64,000 nucleotides of DNA. Origin: Candidatus Gastranaerophilales bacterium. Lineage in GTDB: Bacteria; Cyanobacteriota; Vampirovibrionia; Gastranaerophilales; Gastranaerophilaceae. Positions 19,359-28,644 of the stretch are shown here, one piece after another; the first letter of the stretch is position 1, and every line of letters starts with the position of its first letter. The stretch lies in contig CALUQY010000001.1 in assembly GCA_944323035.1 (NCBI GenBank), forward strand, positions 3,131 to 67,130, read 5' to 3'. The notes below the pieces were generated by a model. It was not told the DNA's origin and searched no databases. It saw nothing but the letters and a program-made list of their open reading frames with translations. The position numbers and the translations under genes were made by a program.

Positions 19359-20394
19359 TTATAAAATTCTCGCGCAAATTATTGTTAGATAATTTTCTAA
19401 GCTTTTCATAAAGCTTGATTTCATCATCCGATAAATACGCCGGAATTTCAATATGCACGGTTACAAAAATTTCGCAAATTTTACCCTGAATATTTTGCTG
19501 AATACGGAATTTCTGGCCGGATTTTGTTTTTGGAGGAATTTTTACGAGGATATTACCTTCAAGTGTTTTTAGGGAAACCGTTGTGCCAAGAACCGCTTCA
19601 TAGGGTTCAATAGGAACATTGTAGTGTACATTTTTACCCTCGTAACGGACATTGCGGCTGTTTTCAATTTTAATAATAAGGAATAAATCGCCGTTTTTAC
19701 CGCCATTTTTGCCGGTATTGCCCTCGCCTTTGATACGGAGTTTTGTTTCGTGCTTGATATTTGGCGGAATTTTAACGGTCAATTTGCGCTGTTTTGAAGT
19801 TTCACCGGTGCCGTTGCACTCTGTACAGTAGGAACCGTTAATAAACTTCCTGCCGCGGCATTTAGGGCACTGCTCGGTGTGAATAATATTTACAACTTTT
19901 GAAGTGCCGTTTTTTGCTTCCGATATATTAATACTAATGTCGGCAGTCAAATCCGAACCGTTTTGCGGCTCTTGCTTTTCGGATTTAGAAGAAAAGATTT
20001 CTTCAAAAAAGTTTTTTTCATCACGCGGCTTTTTAGCTTTTGGCGCATCATTTTTCGTTTCACGTTTTTGCTCTGATTTTGATGTTTTTGGCGGAGTTTC
20101 GCGTTTTGCTTCTTTTTTTTGCGCAGACGCTTGTGAAGTTTCTCTCTTTGGTTCTGTCTTTGGCTCTTGCGGCGGCGGCGCTTTGCGGTAAAAGCCGAAA
20201 AGCATATTGTATTGCATACGTTTGCGCTCATTGGAAAGCGTTTCGTAGGCTTCATTTATCTCTTTGAATTTATTAATATTACCTTCTGCCATATCCGGAT
20301 GATATTTGCGCGCGAGATTGCGGTATGCCGATTTAATTTCGCGCATATCACTATCGGGAGTAACACCAAGGGTTTCGTAATAATTATTCTTCAT
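19351..20394 (-). CDS. DnaJ-domain (J-protein) chaperone with zinc-finger-like CxxC pairs and KE-rich linker
   Basis: J-domain YYETLGVTPDSDMREIKSAYRNLARKYHPDM; CPKCRGRK...CTECNGTG; C-terminal DnaJ-C-like beta region. Confidence 0.7.
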   Translation of the reverse strand: MKNNYYETLGVTPDSDMREIKSAYRNLARKYHPDMAEGNINKFKEINEAYETLSNERKRMQYNMLFGFYRKAPPPQEPKTEPKRETSQASAQKKEAKRETPPKTSKSEQKRETKNDAPKAKKPRDEKNFFEEIFSSKSEKQEPQNGSDLTADISINISEAKNGTSKVVNIIHTEQCPKCRGRKFINGSYCTECNGTGETSKQRKLTVKIPPNIKHETKLRIKGEGNTGKNGGKNGDLFLIIKIENSRNVRYEGKNVHYNVPIEPYEAVLGTTVSLKTLEGNILVKIPPKTKSGQKFRIQQNIQGKICEIFVTVHIEIPAYLSDDEIKLYEKLRKLSNNNLRENFIND

Positions 20395-20429
20395 ACATAA
20401 ATATATAATTATGTATTCAAAAAAATCAA

Positions 20430-20965
20430 GCTGCCATGCGGCATAAGAAAACAGTTTTCTGCTGCTTCGTCCAGCGTCTTGCCCGAATTGGGCTTAACCG
20501 GATAACTTTTAAAATGTCATTCCGAATTGCGCGAGCGAGCAGTTCGGAATGACATGAGGGGGCGGCGTTGGTTGACTGGATTGCCGCGCGGTCTGCGACC
20601 GCTCGCAATGACAAATACTTTACGGACTTCACGCTTACTTTTCTCGTGGTACAGTCGCACGGGTAATAAAGCAGTTCTCCGCCGCACCGCCTCGCTGAAC
20701 GGCGAGCCGTTAGCGGCTGCGCTGTCTAATACGCCACTCAAAAGACTCGCTTGCGTGAGCGGGAGTTGCCCTGCAACTCATTCACGCCACGTTCCTTATC
20801 GCGAGTCTTTCTCGGACAAATATGACCGAATTGACGAGAAAAAAACCGGATAAAATCCCATAATCCTAATTAACTTATTAACTTATTAACTTTTGTCGTC
20901 CATTCGGCCATTACGACTTATTGCCTCATTGCCTTATTCACTTATTGCCTTCTTTATTATGTACG
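20430..20965 (-). repeat. Repeat-laden 5' leader: GC-rich hairpin modules plus TTAATAAG arrays and a pilin-type promoter upstream of the J-protein gene
   Basis: Hairpins gtcattccgaa..ttcggaatgac (20518-20555) and cattgcgagcggtcgcagaccgcgcggcaatcc. aataaagcagttctccgccgcaccgcctcgc..acgccactcaaaagactcg (20660-20760) is ~identical to 27098-27200. taattaacttattaacttattaac at 20868-20895. Promoter cttgattaaa..cgtacataat at 20935-20965 (minus). Confidence 0.55.
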
Positions 20966-20975
20966 ATTTTTCTCT

Positions 20976-21254
20976 TTAATCAAGCCCGTGCAGATATTCG
21001 TGTATATCCAGAACTTCATCAATCGTTATCGGTTCTGCCCCCTGAACAATTTCCAGCGGTTCGTGCGGCTGGCCGACGCCCTCGTGAACTTTTAAAATTC
21101 CAAGCCCGAAATCCTTACCGCATTTCGGACAGACCATTCTGACAACATTAGCACCTTTTTCCTTGCGGACAACCGTAAACGCATCACGGTCAATATCGTT
21201 CTTACAGTAGGAACAACACAAATTTGAAAATAATCGCTTAAACTTCTTTCCCAT
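20976..21254 (-). CDS. Hypothetical zinc-ribbon protein
   Basis: CCSYCKND...CPKCGKD. Confidence 0.3.
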   Translation of the reverse strand: MGKKFKRLFSNLCCSYCKNDIDRDAFTVVRKEKGANVVRMVCPKCGKDFGLGILKVHEGVGQPHEPLEIVQGAEPITIDEVLDIHEYLHGLD

Positions 21255-21390
21255 ACCAACATTCTATACTAAAAGTAAATTTATTAAAGCTGCCTATTCC
21301 ATTTTTACTTATTTTTTAATATAATATACATGTCCACACCTCTCTTATGGCGGGGTTCGGAATTAGTAAAAGGTAAGATGAGGGATAATA

Positions 21391-23298
21391 ATGAACAAAA
21401 ATCAATCAACAGGGATGTATATAATCTTAGGAATTCTCGTTATGGTCTTTGTTTCGTCCATTTTAATGGCGGGGCCGACAACCACAACAAAAGAACTCAC
21501 CTACTCTGCATTTCTGGAAAAACTCGCAAATAAAGAATTTAAATCAATTGAAAAAGCAGACGATTTTCTGATTGCAGTACCTGTTGAGCAGCCGCAGGCT
21601 GCAGAAACAGCTGAGCCGCAGACTCCGTCAAACGATATTCTTAATCCGTTTTTGACAACGACTCCGGAAAAACGCAAACCCCAATTAAGATATAAAGTTT
21701 TGACGCCCGATGATCCGACTTTGACTCAAAAAATTGAAGAAGCAGGCGTTGAATTCTCTGTGCTGAAACCAAGCGAATCCAGCCAGATTTTAAACCTCTT
21801 TGGTTCATTACTAATCCCGCTTTTATTCTTTATTTTTATACTTATTATGATAAAAAGCATTCAGGCTGGCGGTTCTCAAGCCATGTCGTTTGGCAAAAGC
21901 AAGGCTAAAATGCTTCTGGACAGCAAGGTTAAAACTACGTTCCAAAACGTTGCAGGCATTGACGAAGAGAAAAAAGAACTTGAAGAAATAGTTGATTTTC
22001 TCAAAAACGGTGCAAAATATATAAAACTCGGCGCAAAAATTCCGAAAGGCGTTTTGCTTGTAGGCCCTCCGGGTACAGGTAAAACATTAATGGCAAAAGC
22101 CGTTGCAGGCGAAGCCGGTGTTCCGTTCTTCTCAATAAGCGGCTCCGATTTCGTTGAAATGTTCGTCGGCGTTGGTGCAAGCCGGGTCCGCGACCTTTTT
22201 GAACAGGCTAAAAAACACCAGCCTTGCATTATATTCATAGATGAAATTGATGCTGTCGGACGTCAGCGCGGTGCAGGACTCGGCGGCGGGCACGATGAAC
22301 GCGAACAAACCCTTAACCAGTTACTCGTTGAAATGGACGGGTTTGATGAAACCACAAACATCATAGTTATCGCAGCAACAAACAGACCGGATATCTTAGA
22401 TAATGCACTTTTAAGACCGGGAAGATTTGACAGACAAATTTATATCAACGCGCCGGATGTTAAAGGCAGAGAACAAATTCTGAAAGTTCATGCTAAAAAC
22501 AAACAAATTTCACCGGAAGTTGATTTAAAAATTCTGGCAAAACGCACACCGGGCTTCACCGGCGCGGATTTGCAAAACCTGCTTAACGAAGCGGCTCTGC
22601 TTGCTGCAAGAAACAACAAAACTCAAATAGAAATGGAAGATATTGATGCTTCAATCGACAGGGTAATCGCAGGTATTGAAAAGAAAAGTAAAGTTATGAC
22701 AGAACAGGATAAAGAATTGACTTCATACCACGAAGTCGGCCACGCATTAATCGCGAAACTGGTCAAAGATTCTAACGAACTTCACAAAGTTTCAATTATT
22801 CCGCGCGGTTACGCATTAGGTATTACCTGGACGCGTCCGAAAGATGAAAAGGTTCACACAAGCAAAGCACAGCTTCTGGCTCAAATTACCGTGTCACTCG
22901 GCGGCCGCGCGGCAGAAGAAATAGTTTACGGTAAAGATAACGTCAGCACAGGCGCTTCACAGGATCTTTCGACTGTCACCAATCTTGCGCGCAAAATGGT
23001 TACTGCCTGGGGTATGTCCGATAAACTCGGCAATATGACTTACGGCAAAAATCAGGAAAATGTCTTTATGGGCCGCGACTTTGGGCATCAGAGAGATTAC
23101 TCTGAACAGGTCGCCTACGAAATTGACGAAGAAATTAAACATATTATTGATGAAAGATACAACCTCGCAAAACAACTTCTAACCGAAAACCGCGATATGT
23201 TAGAAGAAATCTCCAAAGAACTTCTTGAAAAAGAAACGATTGACGAGAAAGAATTTGATGAAATTATGAAAAGAGTCGAAGAACAACGAAATGCATAA
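21391..23298 (+). CDS. ftsH: ATP-dependent zinc metalloprotease FtsH
   Basis: N-terminal TM segments; AAA Walker A GPPGTGKT, Walker [12 protein letters not shown]; zinc site HEVGHAL. Confidence 0.95.
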   Translation: MNKNQSTGMYIILGILVMVFVSSILMAGPTTTTKELTYSAFLEKLANKEFKSIEKADDFLIAVPVEQPQAAETAEPQTPSNDILNPFLTTTPEKRKPQLRYKVLTPDDPTLTQKIEEAGVEFSVLKPSESSQILNLFGSLLIPLLFFIFILIMIKSIQAGGSQAMSFGKSKAKMLLDSKVKTTFQNVAGIDEEKKELEEIVDFLKNGAKYIKLGAKIPKGVLLVGPPGTGKTLMAKAVAGEAGVPFFSISGSDFVEMFVGVGASRVRDLFEQAKKHQPCIIFIDEIDAVGRQRGAGLGGGHDEREQTLNQLLVEMDGFDETTNIIVIAATNRPDILDNALLRPGRFDRQIYINAPDVKGREQILKVHAKNKQISPEVDLKILAKRTPGFTGADLQNLLNEAALLAARNNKTQIEMEDIDASIDRVIAGIEKKSKVMTEQDKELTSYHEVGHALIAKLVKDSNELHKVSIIPRGYALGITWTRPKDEKVHTSKAQLLAQITVSLGGRAAEEIVYGKDNVSTGASQDLSTVTNLARKMVTAWGMSDKLGNMTYGKNQENVFMGRDFGHQRDYSEQVAYEIDEEIKHIIDERYNLAKQLLTENRDMLEEISKELLEKETIDEKEFDEIMKRVEEQRNA

Positions 23299-23299
23299 A

Positions 23300-23336
23300 A
23301 AAGAAAGGCGCCGGCAATGCCGGCGCCTTTCTTTTT
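23300..23336. terminator. Bidirectional rho-independent terminator
   Basis: aaaggcgccggcaatgccggcgccttt flanked by A- and T-runs, between convergent ftsH and the Gly-rich ORF. Confidence 0.7.
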
Positions 23337-23356
23337 TATATAATGTTTCCTTTATT

Positions 23357-23917
23357 TTACTTATTTGCGTGGCATTTATCCCACTCGTTGTTTTCACTCC
23401 ATTTGTGACCTGTGAACCAGTTAGCAAAGCCCTTGCCAATATATGCGAAGGTATTACCAATCTGTTTACCGGTCCAGGATAAACCTTTCCAGATAGCTTT
23501 TCCGGCCGGTTTAAGTACGCTATTCCAAGTCCAGGTTGCAGCAGGCTTAATTGCTTTATTCCACGTCCACGACGCGGCTTTACCAATACCACGGAAAATC
23601 GGCCCGCCGAGAGGGCTTGCGAGTAAGCCGATGCCTGCACCTATACCGAGTGCCCACCAGGCGCCTTTGGAGCTAATTCCACCGCCGCCGCAGCATCCGC
23701 CGCCATAGTAACCGCCGTAATAAGGAGCACCGAAAATTCCGCCGCTATGACAGCCGCCCCCGTAATTATAATTTTTTACGGAGATAAAGGTATTTGATTT
23801 TACGCCGCCGCCTGTTCCTGCCCAGTAAGCTCTGTTGCCGCTGTACGAGCCTGAAACATAAGCGCTTCCGAATGGCGATCTCGCACCGGAACTACGGAAT
23901 ATGAAACTGCCGCCCAT
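23357..23917 (-). CDS. Glycine/tryptophan-rich repeat protein (hypothetical)
   Basis: YYGGYYGGGCCGGGGISS and tandem K(A/P)A.TWTWN / WTGKQ repeats; no signal peptide evident. Confidence 0.4.
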   Translation of the reverse strand: MGGSFIFRSSGARSPFGSAYVSGSYSGNRAYWAGTGGGVKSNTFISVKNYNYGGGCHSGGIFGAPYYGGYYGGGCCGGGGISSKGAWWALGIGAGIGLLASPLGGPIFRGIGKAASWTWNKAIKPAATWTWNSVLKPAGKAIWKGLSWTGKQIGNTFAYIGKGFANWFTGHKWSENNEWDKCHANK

Positions 23918-24011
23918 AACTTATACCTCTCTTGTAGTACTCTCTATGTATATATAAAGTATATAAGATAAGAATTATTGCTTTTTTCGGGTCGTGAAAG
24001 TTTACATTTCG

Positions 24012-24818
24012 TTACAAAAGCGTCTTAAATGCCCGAGGCAGGTAGTTTATAAGGTCATTTGGCAGAACGCAATACGCAGTCAAATCTTCACGTGCAATAT
24101 CCCCTGCAAGTCCGTGAAGATATACACCAAGCGCCGCGGCTTCAAACGGCTCCATTTTCTGAGCAAGAAAAGAGGTTATAATTCCGGCAAGGACATCACC
24201 GCTTCCGGCCTTTGCCATTGCGGAATTGCCGGTATTGTTAATATAAACTTCCCCGTAAGGCGAAGTCACGACAGTATTATGAATTTTCAATACAGTTACA
24301 CAGTTATAGCGCTGCGATATTTCACCTGCAAAGTGAACTGTATCGTTCAGAATTTTATCAACATCAACGCCGCCGAGAAGTCTTGAAGCTTCAAGCGGAT
24401 GCGGGGTCAGAATAAGTCTTTCCGGAAGCCACTCCGTCCCGTATTGGGATAAAATATTTAACCCGTCCGCATCTATAACCGTTGGGATTTCCGTATGCGT
24501 ATCAAATGTTCGTTTGAAAATTTCCGTGGCACGCAGGTCTGTGCCAAGCCCGCAGCCGATTAACAAAGCCTGTGAGTTTTTCAAATGTTCGGCAATTGAA
24601 GCGGTATGTGCAAAAACAATAGCAGAGGTCTGCCACGAACCGCAATTCATAACGCTTTCATCCGTTGCAAGGAATACATAGCCGCAGCCGGATTTTAATG
24701 CCGCCATAGATGAAATTAGTGCGGCACCCGGCATATATTTAGAGCCGGAAATATTCAAAACTTTACCAAAAGTGCCTTTGTGCGAAATTTCCCCGCGCGG
24801 CGGAAGTTTAAAGTCCAT
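24012..24818 (-). CDS. nnrD: ADP-dependent NAD(P)H-hydrate dehydratase (YjeF C-terminal domain)
   Basis: GTFGKVLNISGS...GCGLGTD...KAGSGDVLAGII motifs. Start probably at the internal MDFKL, which leaves a small overlap with trmL. Confidence 0.8.
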   Translation of the reverse strand: MDFKLPPRGEISHKGTFGKVLNISGSKYMPGAALISSMAALKSGCGYVFLATDESVMNCGSWQTSAIVFAHTASIAEHLKNSQALLIGCGLGTDLRATEIFKRTFDTHTEIPTVIDADGLNILSQYGTEWLPERLILTPHPLEASRLLGGVDVDKILNDTVHFAGEISQRYNCVTVLKIHNTVVTSPYGEVYINNTGNSAMAKAGSGDVLAGIITSFLAQKMEPFEAAALGVYLHGLAGDIAREDLTAYCVLPNDLINYLPRAFKTLL

Positions 24819-25269
24819 TTTGTCTAATCGCCTCATACGCAACAATCGCAACGGAATTGGAAAGATTTAAGCTTCTTTGCCCCTCAATCATCGGGATTGT
24901 AAGCGCATTTTTATCAGTAACATATTTTTCAGGAAGCCCTCTTGATTCCGGCCCGAAAACAATAAAATCACCCTCCTGAAATTTGACATCAGTATATTTT
25001 CGTTTTGTCTTGGTTGTCAGATAATAAAAGTTAGCACCTTTATTTGCCACAAACAATTCGTCCATAGAATTAATCCTGTGAAGGTCAACGCTCTGCCAGT
25101 AATCCATACCGGCGCGTTTCGTGTATTTATCGGTAAGTGCAAAGCCTAATTTTCCGACAAGATAAAGGCTTGAGCCGGTACAAGCGCAAAGACGCGCAAT
25201 ATTTCCGGTATTTTGCGGGATTTCAGGTTCATACAGAACAATGTTTAACTTACTCATTTTTCCATTCAT
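24808..25269 (-). CDS. trmL: tRNA (cytidine/uridine-2'-O)-methyltransferase TrmL (SpoU family)
   Basis: LNIVLYEPEIPQNTGNIARLCACTGSSLYLV....IVFGPESRGLP. Confidence 0.8.
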   Translation of the reverse strand: MNGKMSKLNIVLYEPEIPQNTGNIARLCACTGSSLYLVGKLGFALTDKYTKRAGMDYWQSVDLHRINSMDELFVANKGANFYYLTTKTKRKYTDVKFQEGDFIVFGPESRGLPEKYVTDKNALTIPMIEGQRSLNLSNSVAIVAYEAIRQNGL

Positions 25270-25303
25270 CCAACGTCAGCCTTATACTTTTAACGTATTA
25301 CAT

Positions 25304-25897
25304 TTACCCTTTGCCTTCACTCAGAACAGATTTAGCTTCTATCACAACAGGCAGCCCGCGCACGACACAGAACACAATCGCAATAACCGCAAGCCAGTAG
25401 CCGACTTCAAAGACGATATCTGCGTGCGGAAGCCCCGGAATTTTAGAGGCAACAATTACAATAAATGCAACGACTTTTGCAACCGCATAGCTTATTCTCA
25501 TAAATCTGGAGCCGGTAATAAATTTACAAACCGGATTTTGCTGCATTCCGAACGGCGTAAAACCTTTTTCCATAGCAGCGCTTCTGATAGTGTCTGTGAT
25601 AAATCCCCTTGTAATCGCAATGAGCGGGAACAAAATCGACAACCAACCCTGAACAGCAAAGAGAATCCAGTAAGTGTTTTCAACTATTCTATCGCTCATA
25701 ATATCTAAAAGCGCGCCGAGTTTTGATTCTTCATGGAATTTTCTAGCGACCCAGCCGTCAACTCCGTCAAGAGCAAACGCCAGAATTGTCAGGACAAGCG
25801 CCCAAACGTATGCGGCAACGCTCTGCGGCAGCGCTATAATCAAATACACCGCGATAAACATTAAAAATACTCTGAAAATTGTTATAAAATTTGCCAT
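25304..25897 (-). CDS. CDP-alcohol phosphatidyltransferase family protein
   Basis: DGVDGWVARKF...SKLGALLDIMSDR (D-G-x2-A-R...G-x3-D-x3-D). Confidence 0.75.
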   Translation of the reverse strand: MANFITIFRVFLMFIAVYLIIALPQSVAAYVWALVLTILAFALDGVDGWVARKFHEESKLGALLDIMSDRIVENTYWILFAVQGWLSILFPLIAITRGFITDTIRSAAMEKGFTPFGMQQNPVCKFITGSRFMRISYAVAKVVAFIVIVASKIPGLPHADIVFEVGYWLAVIAIVFCVVRGLPVVIEAKSVLSEGKG

Positions 25898-25950
25898 TCT
25901 GCCTCTTTCCTTTTATTCCGGCGGTGCAAACCGCCATTGATGCAATACAT

Positions 25951-26952
25951 TTACCCTTTCTTTGTACGGGAAAGCGCAAAATCGACTTTATCAAGCTGTT
26001 CTGTCTTATCCCCGAGCATCATTTTTTCAGCCTGCTCCAGAATTGATACGACTAAATAACCATTGTGGCCGTCAGAACGTGCTTTTTTACCTTCTTCACA
26101 GCATCTGATAAAGTGCTGGCATTCAAGTTTCAACGGTTCAATTTCAAGATAGTCGGAATGAATAACCTGCGAACTGTTTGCAACAAAGTTATCATAAATT
26201 GTCAACTTGTTTTCAGCAAGCGTATCATCAAGAATTGCTGTCGCCTTGGTTCCGCGCAGGAGAAGAACAACGTGTTTTTTCGGAGTAATCCAGCTGTCCG
26301 AAATCTGTCCAATCATTCCGCCTTCAAACTCAATTCCGACATGGGTAATATCCATAATATTATTTCTTTCGGAAGAGCAGCCCAGCGCCGAAATTACGCG
26401 TACAGGGTCTTTCCCCGTCACATAACTTATCATGGAAACATCGTGAGGCGCCAGATCCCACATAACACTTCTGTCATTTTTAAAATAATTCACATTGAGT
26501 CTGTCGCTTTGTGCGTAAACGATATCCCCGAGAACCCCTTCTTCCACAAGCATTTTCAACCTGTTAACCGCAGGGTGGTAAAGAAGCAGGTGCCCGACCA
26601 TAAGAACCAGATTTTTAGCTTCCGCAAGCTCCATTAAATCTTTTGCTTCCTGCGCCACTGTTGAAATCGGTTTTTCAACGTAAACGTGCTTGCCGGCTTC
26701 CAGTAAAGCTTTAACTATTTTATAGTGAGTGTGGCTCGGGGTAACAACAACAACACCGGTCACGATATCACTTTTCAGGATATCATTAAAATCTTTAGTA
26801 ACTTTCACCCCCGGGTACTGTTCCTGAACCTTTTTCAAATTTTCTTCATCAAGATCACAAACGACTTCCAGTGCATTAAGATTGTAGAAATTCCTAACGA
26901 TATTTCTACCCCAGCACCCGCAGCCGATAACAGCTATTCTTTGATTACGCAT
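25951..26952 (-). CDS. Gfo/Idh/MocA-family NAD(P)-dependent oxidoreductase
   Basis: Rossmann N-terminus MRNQRIAVIGCGCWGRNIV. The internal start with RBS aaggaag is preferred over the ORF-track start at 27024. Confidence 0.8.
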   Translation of the reverse strand: MRNQRIAVIGCGCWGRNIVRNFYNLNALEVVCDLDEENLKKVQEQYPGVKVTKDFNDILKSDIVTGVVVVTPSHTHYKIVKALLEAGKHVYVEKPISTVAQEAKDLMELAEAKNLVLMVGHLLLYHPAVNRLKMLVEEGVLGDIVYAQSDRLNVNYFKNDRSVMWDLAPHDVSMISYVTGKDPVRVISALGCSSERNNIMDITHVGIEFEGGMIGQISDSWITPKKHVVLLLRGTKATAILDDTLAENKLTIYDNFVANSSQVIHSDYLEIEPLKLECQHFIRCCEEGKKARSDGHNGYLVVSILEQAEKMMLGDKTEQLDKVDFALSRTKKG

Positions 26953-27029
26953 ATCTTCTTCCTTATTACAAATATTCCCTGACAGTATTATATTACAAAA
27001 AGGGATTTGGGCAAGGGTTTGCAAAAAGT

Positions 27030-27275
27030 TAATGAGTTAATAGGTTAATGAGGAATATGACCAAATGGATAAATAGTAGAATTAAGATTATTTCCTAATA
27101 AAGCAGTTCTCCGCCGCTCCGCCTCGCTGAACCGCGAGCCGTGGCGGCTTCGCTGTCTAATACGCCACTCAAAAGGCTCGCTCACGTTCCTTATCGCGAG
27201 CCTTTCTCGGACAATAATCCTAATTAACAGCAGCCGCAGGCTGCGATTAACTTATTAACTTATTAACTATTTTAA
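27030..27275. mobile_element. MITE-like element: inverted TTAATNAG octamer arrays flanking a GC-rich hairpin core
   Basis: gttaatgagttaataggttaatgagg (27030-27055) and the inverted cgattaacttattaacttattaac (27250-27275) bracket a core (27090-27235) that is ~identical to 20660-20800. Confidence 0.5.
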
Positions 27276-28225
27276 AAATGGAACCCGCTGTTATCGCCGA
27301 ACCCGAAAGTATCATCTGCCGGTTTTTCTTCCGGCGGCTCCTCAGCCCGCATAGCTTCACGCTCAGCTTCAAGCGTTTTAAGAGCTTCCGTTCTGATAAG
27401 TTCAATTCTTGCAGCATAGTCCATAAAATACTGCTTATCCTGCGGCGGATAAAATTCCGCAAGTTTTTCCAACAACGGCTTCGGGAAACGAGAGTATTTA
27501 ATCATATCCTCAAGAACATCATCCGTCATTTTATAAAGATTTCTGTAATTCTTAAAGAAAATACGCGAGATTTCCTCGTTGGTTTTATCAGTAAGCGTAT
27601 AAGATTTCTCACCGAATTTGCAGGTAACAATATTTTTCTCGAAAATAACCGGCTTGCACCGCGCCATAGTCATCCTGATTATCAAATCATAGTCAGCCAT
27701 GATTTTAAATTTTTCATCAAAATAATCAACCTTTGCAATAGCGGATTTTTTGAACATCATTGCCTGACGAACACAAGGCGAAACTTCAAAAATATTATAA
27801 GGAGAAGGCGGGAATTCAAACACGAACCCGTCCGGATGCCTGCAATAAGCAGTAGCCATAAGGAAATCAGCCTCTTCTTCTTCCATAAGTTCAACACCCG
27901 TTTTAAGCGCGGTAATGTCATGCACGAAATCATCACAACTCAAAAACATTACATACTTACCCTTTGCGCGCAGCACGCCCTTATTGAACCCCTCAAACTT
28001 TGACGTGTCTTTTTCAGAATAAAAAGTAAAATACCCCTTGTTTTTATACTCTTTCAAAAGCTCAATTGTTCCGTCATTTGATTGGTTATCAATAACAATG
28101 GTTTCCATTTCATTTAGCGTTTGAATATCCAAAAGCTGTAACAAAAGGTTAAAATCATCAACCTGATTTTTTTCTAAAAGATTGTGAGTAGTGATAATAA
28201 CAGTTAGCAAAATTTCGTCCGGCAT
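27272..28225 (-). CDS. Family 2 glycosyltransferase
   Basis: VIITTHNL...IVIDNQSNDGT...FLSCDDF. Confidence 0.75.
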   Translation of the reverse strand: MPDEILLTVIITTHNLLEKNQVDDFNLLLQLLDIQTLNEMETIVIDNQSNDGTIELLKEYKNKGYFTFYSEKDTSKFEGFNKGVLRAKGKYVMFLSCDDFVHDITALKTGVELMEEEEADFLMATAYCRHPDGFVFEFPPSPYNIFEVSPCVRQAMMFKKSAIAKVDYFDEKFKIMADYDLIIRMTMARCKPVIFEKNIVTCKFGEKSYTLTDKTNEEISRIFFKNYRNLYKMTDDVLEDMIKYSRFPKPLLEKLAEFYPPQDKQYFMDYAARIELIRTEALKTLEAEREAMRAEEPPEEKPADDTFGFGDNSGFHF

Positions 28226-28244
28226 ATAGTCTACTATCTCCTGT

Positions 28245-28375
28245 TGCCCGCCATGTCATCCCGAATTTGTTTCGGGATCTGACCGGTATTGAAATCAGAA
28301 TATATACTCTGACCCGCCTGTTCCGCGATGTTTGACAGATGCTGAAACAAGTTCAGCATGACAAAAGAGGGCTCT
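28245..28375. repeat. GC-rich hairpin-repeat modules (gtcatcccgaatttgtttcgggatc ; gatgctgaaacaagttcagcatgaca)
   Basis: Same two hairpin modules recur at 47518-47605 and 56958-57050. Confidence 0.6.
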
Positions 28376-28644
28376 CTTATTTACATATTTTAATATTACC
28401 CGAAAAAAGCTTTATAAACAAGTTTGAAGTGCTACAATAATAAAAACCCTGATAATGCCTGATACCAAAGTGCATGGGATATGCAGAACTTCCGAATATT
28501 AAGAATTGTAAAATTTAACTTAAAAAAGACGCAATTTTTAAAATTCAGGAATTTTAATATAGTTGTAGTAGAATAAAGTAAAAGGTTATTATCTTTTATT
28601 AGGTAGAAACTAACAAATAGTGTATAGATAAAGGAGAATTACTT

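Noticed and set aside
20426-20853. ORFs 20426-20632, 20517-20741 and 20527-20853, and similar ORFs at 29717-30330 and 30201-30437
   Set aside because: They are entirely inside GC-rich interspersed repeat modules, where stop codons are depleted. They overlap one another in several frames, and their sequences are composed of repeat units found in non-coding contexts elsewhere.
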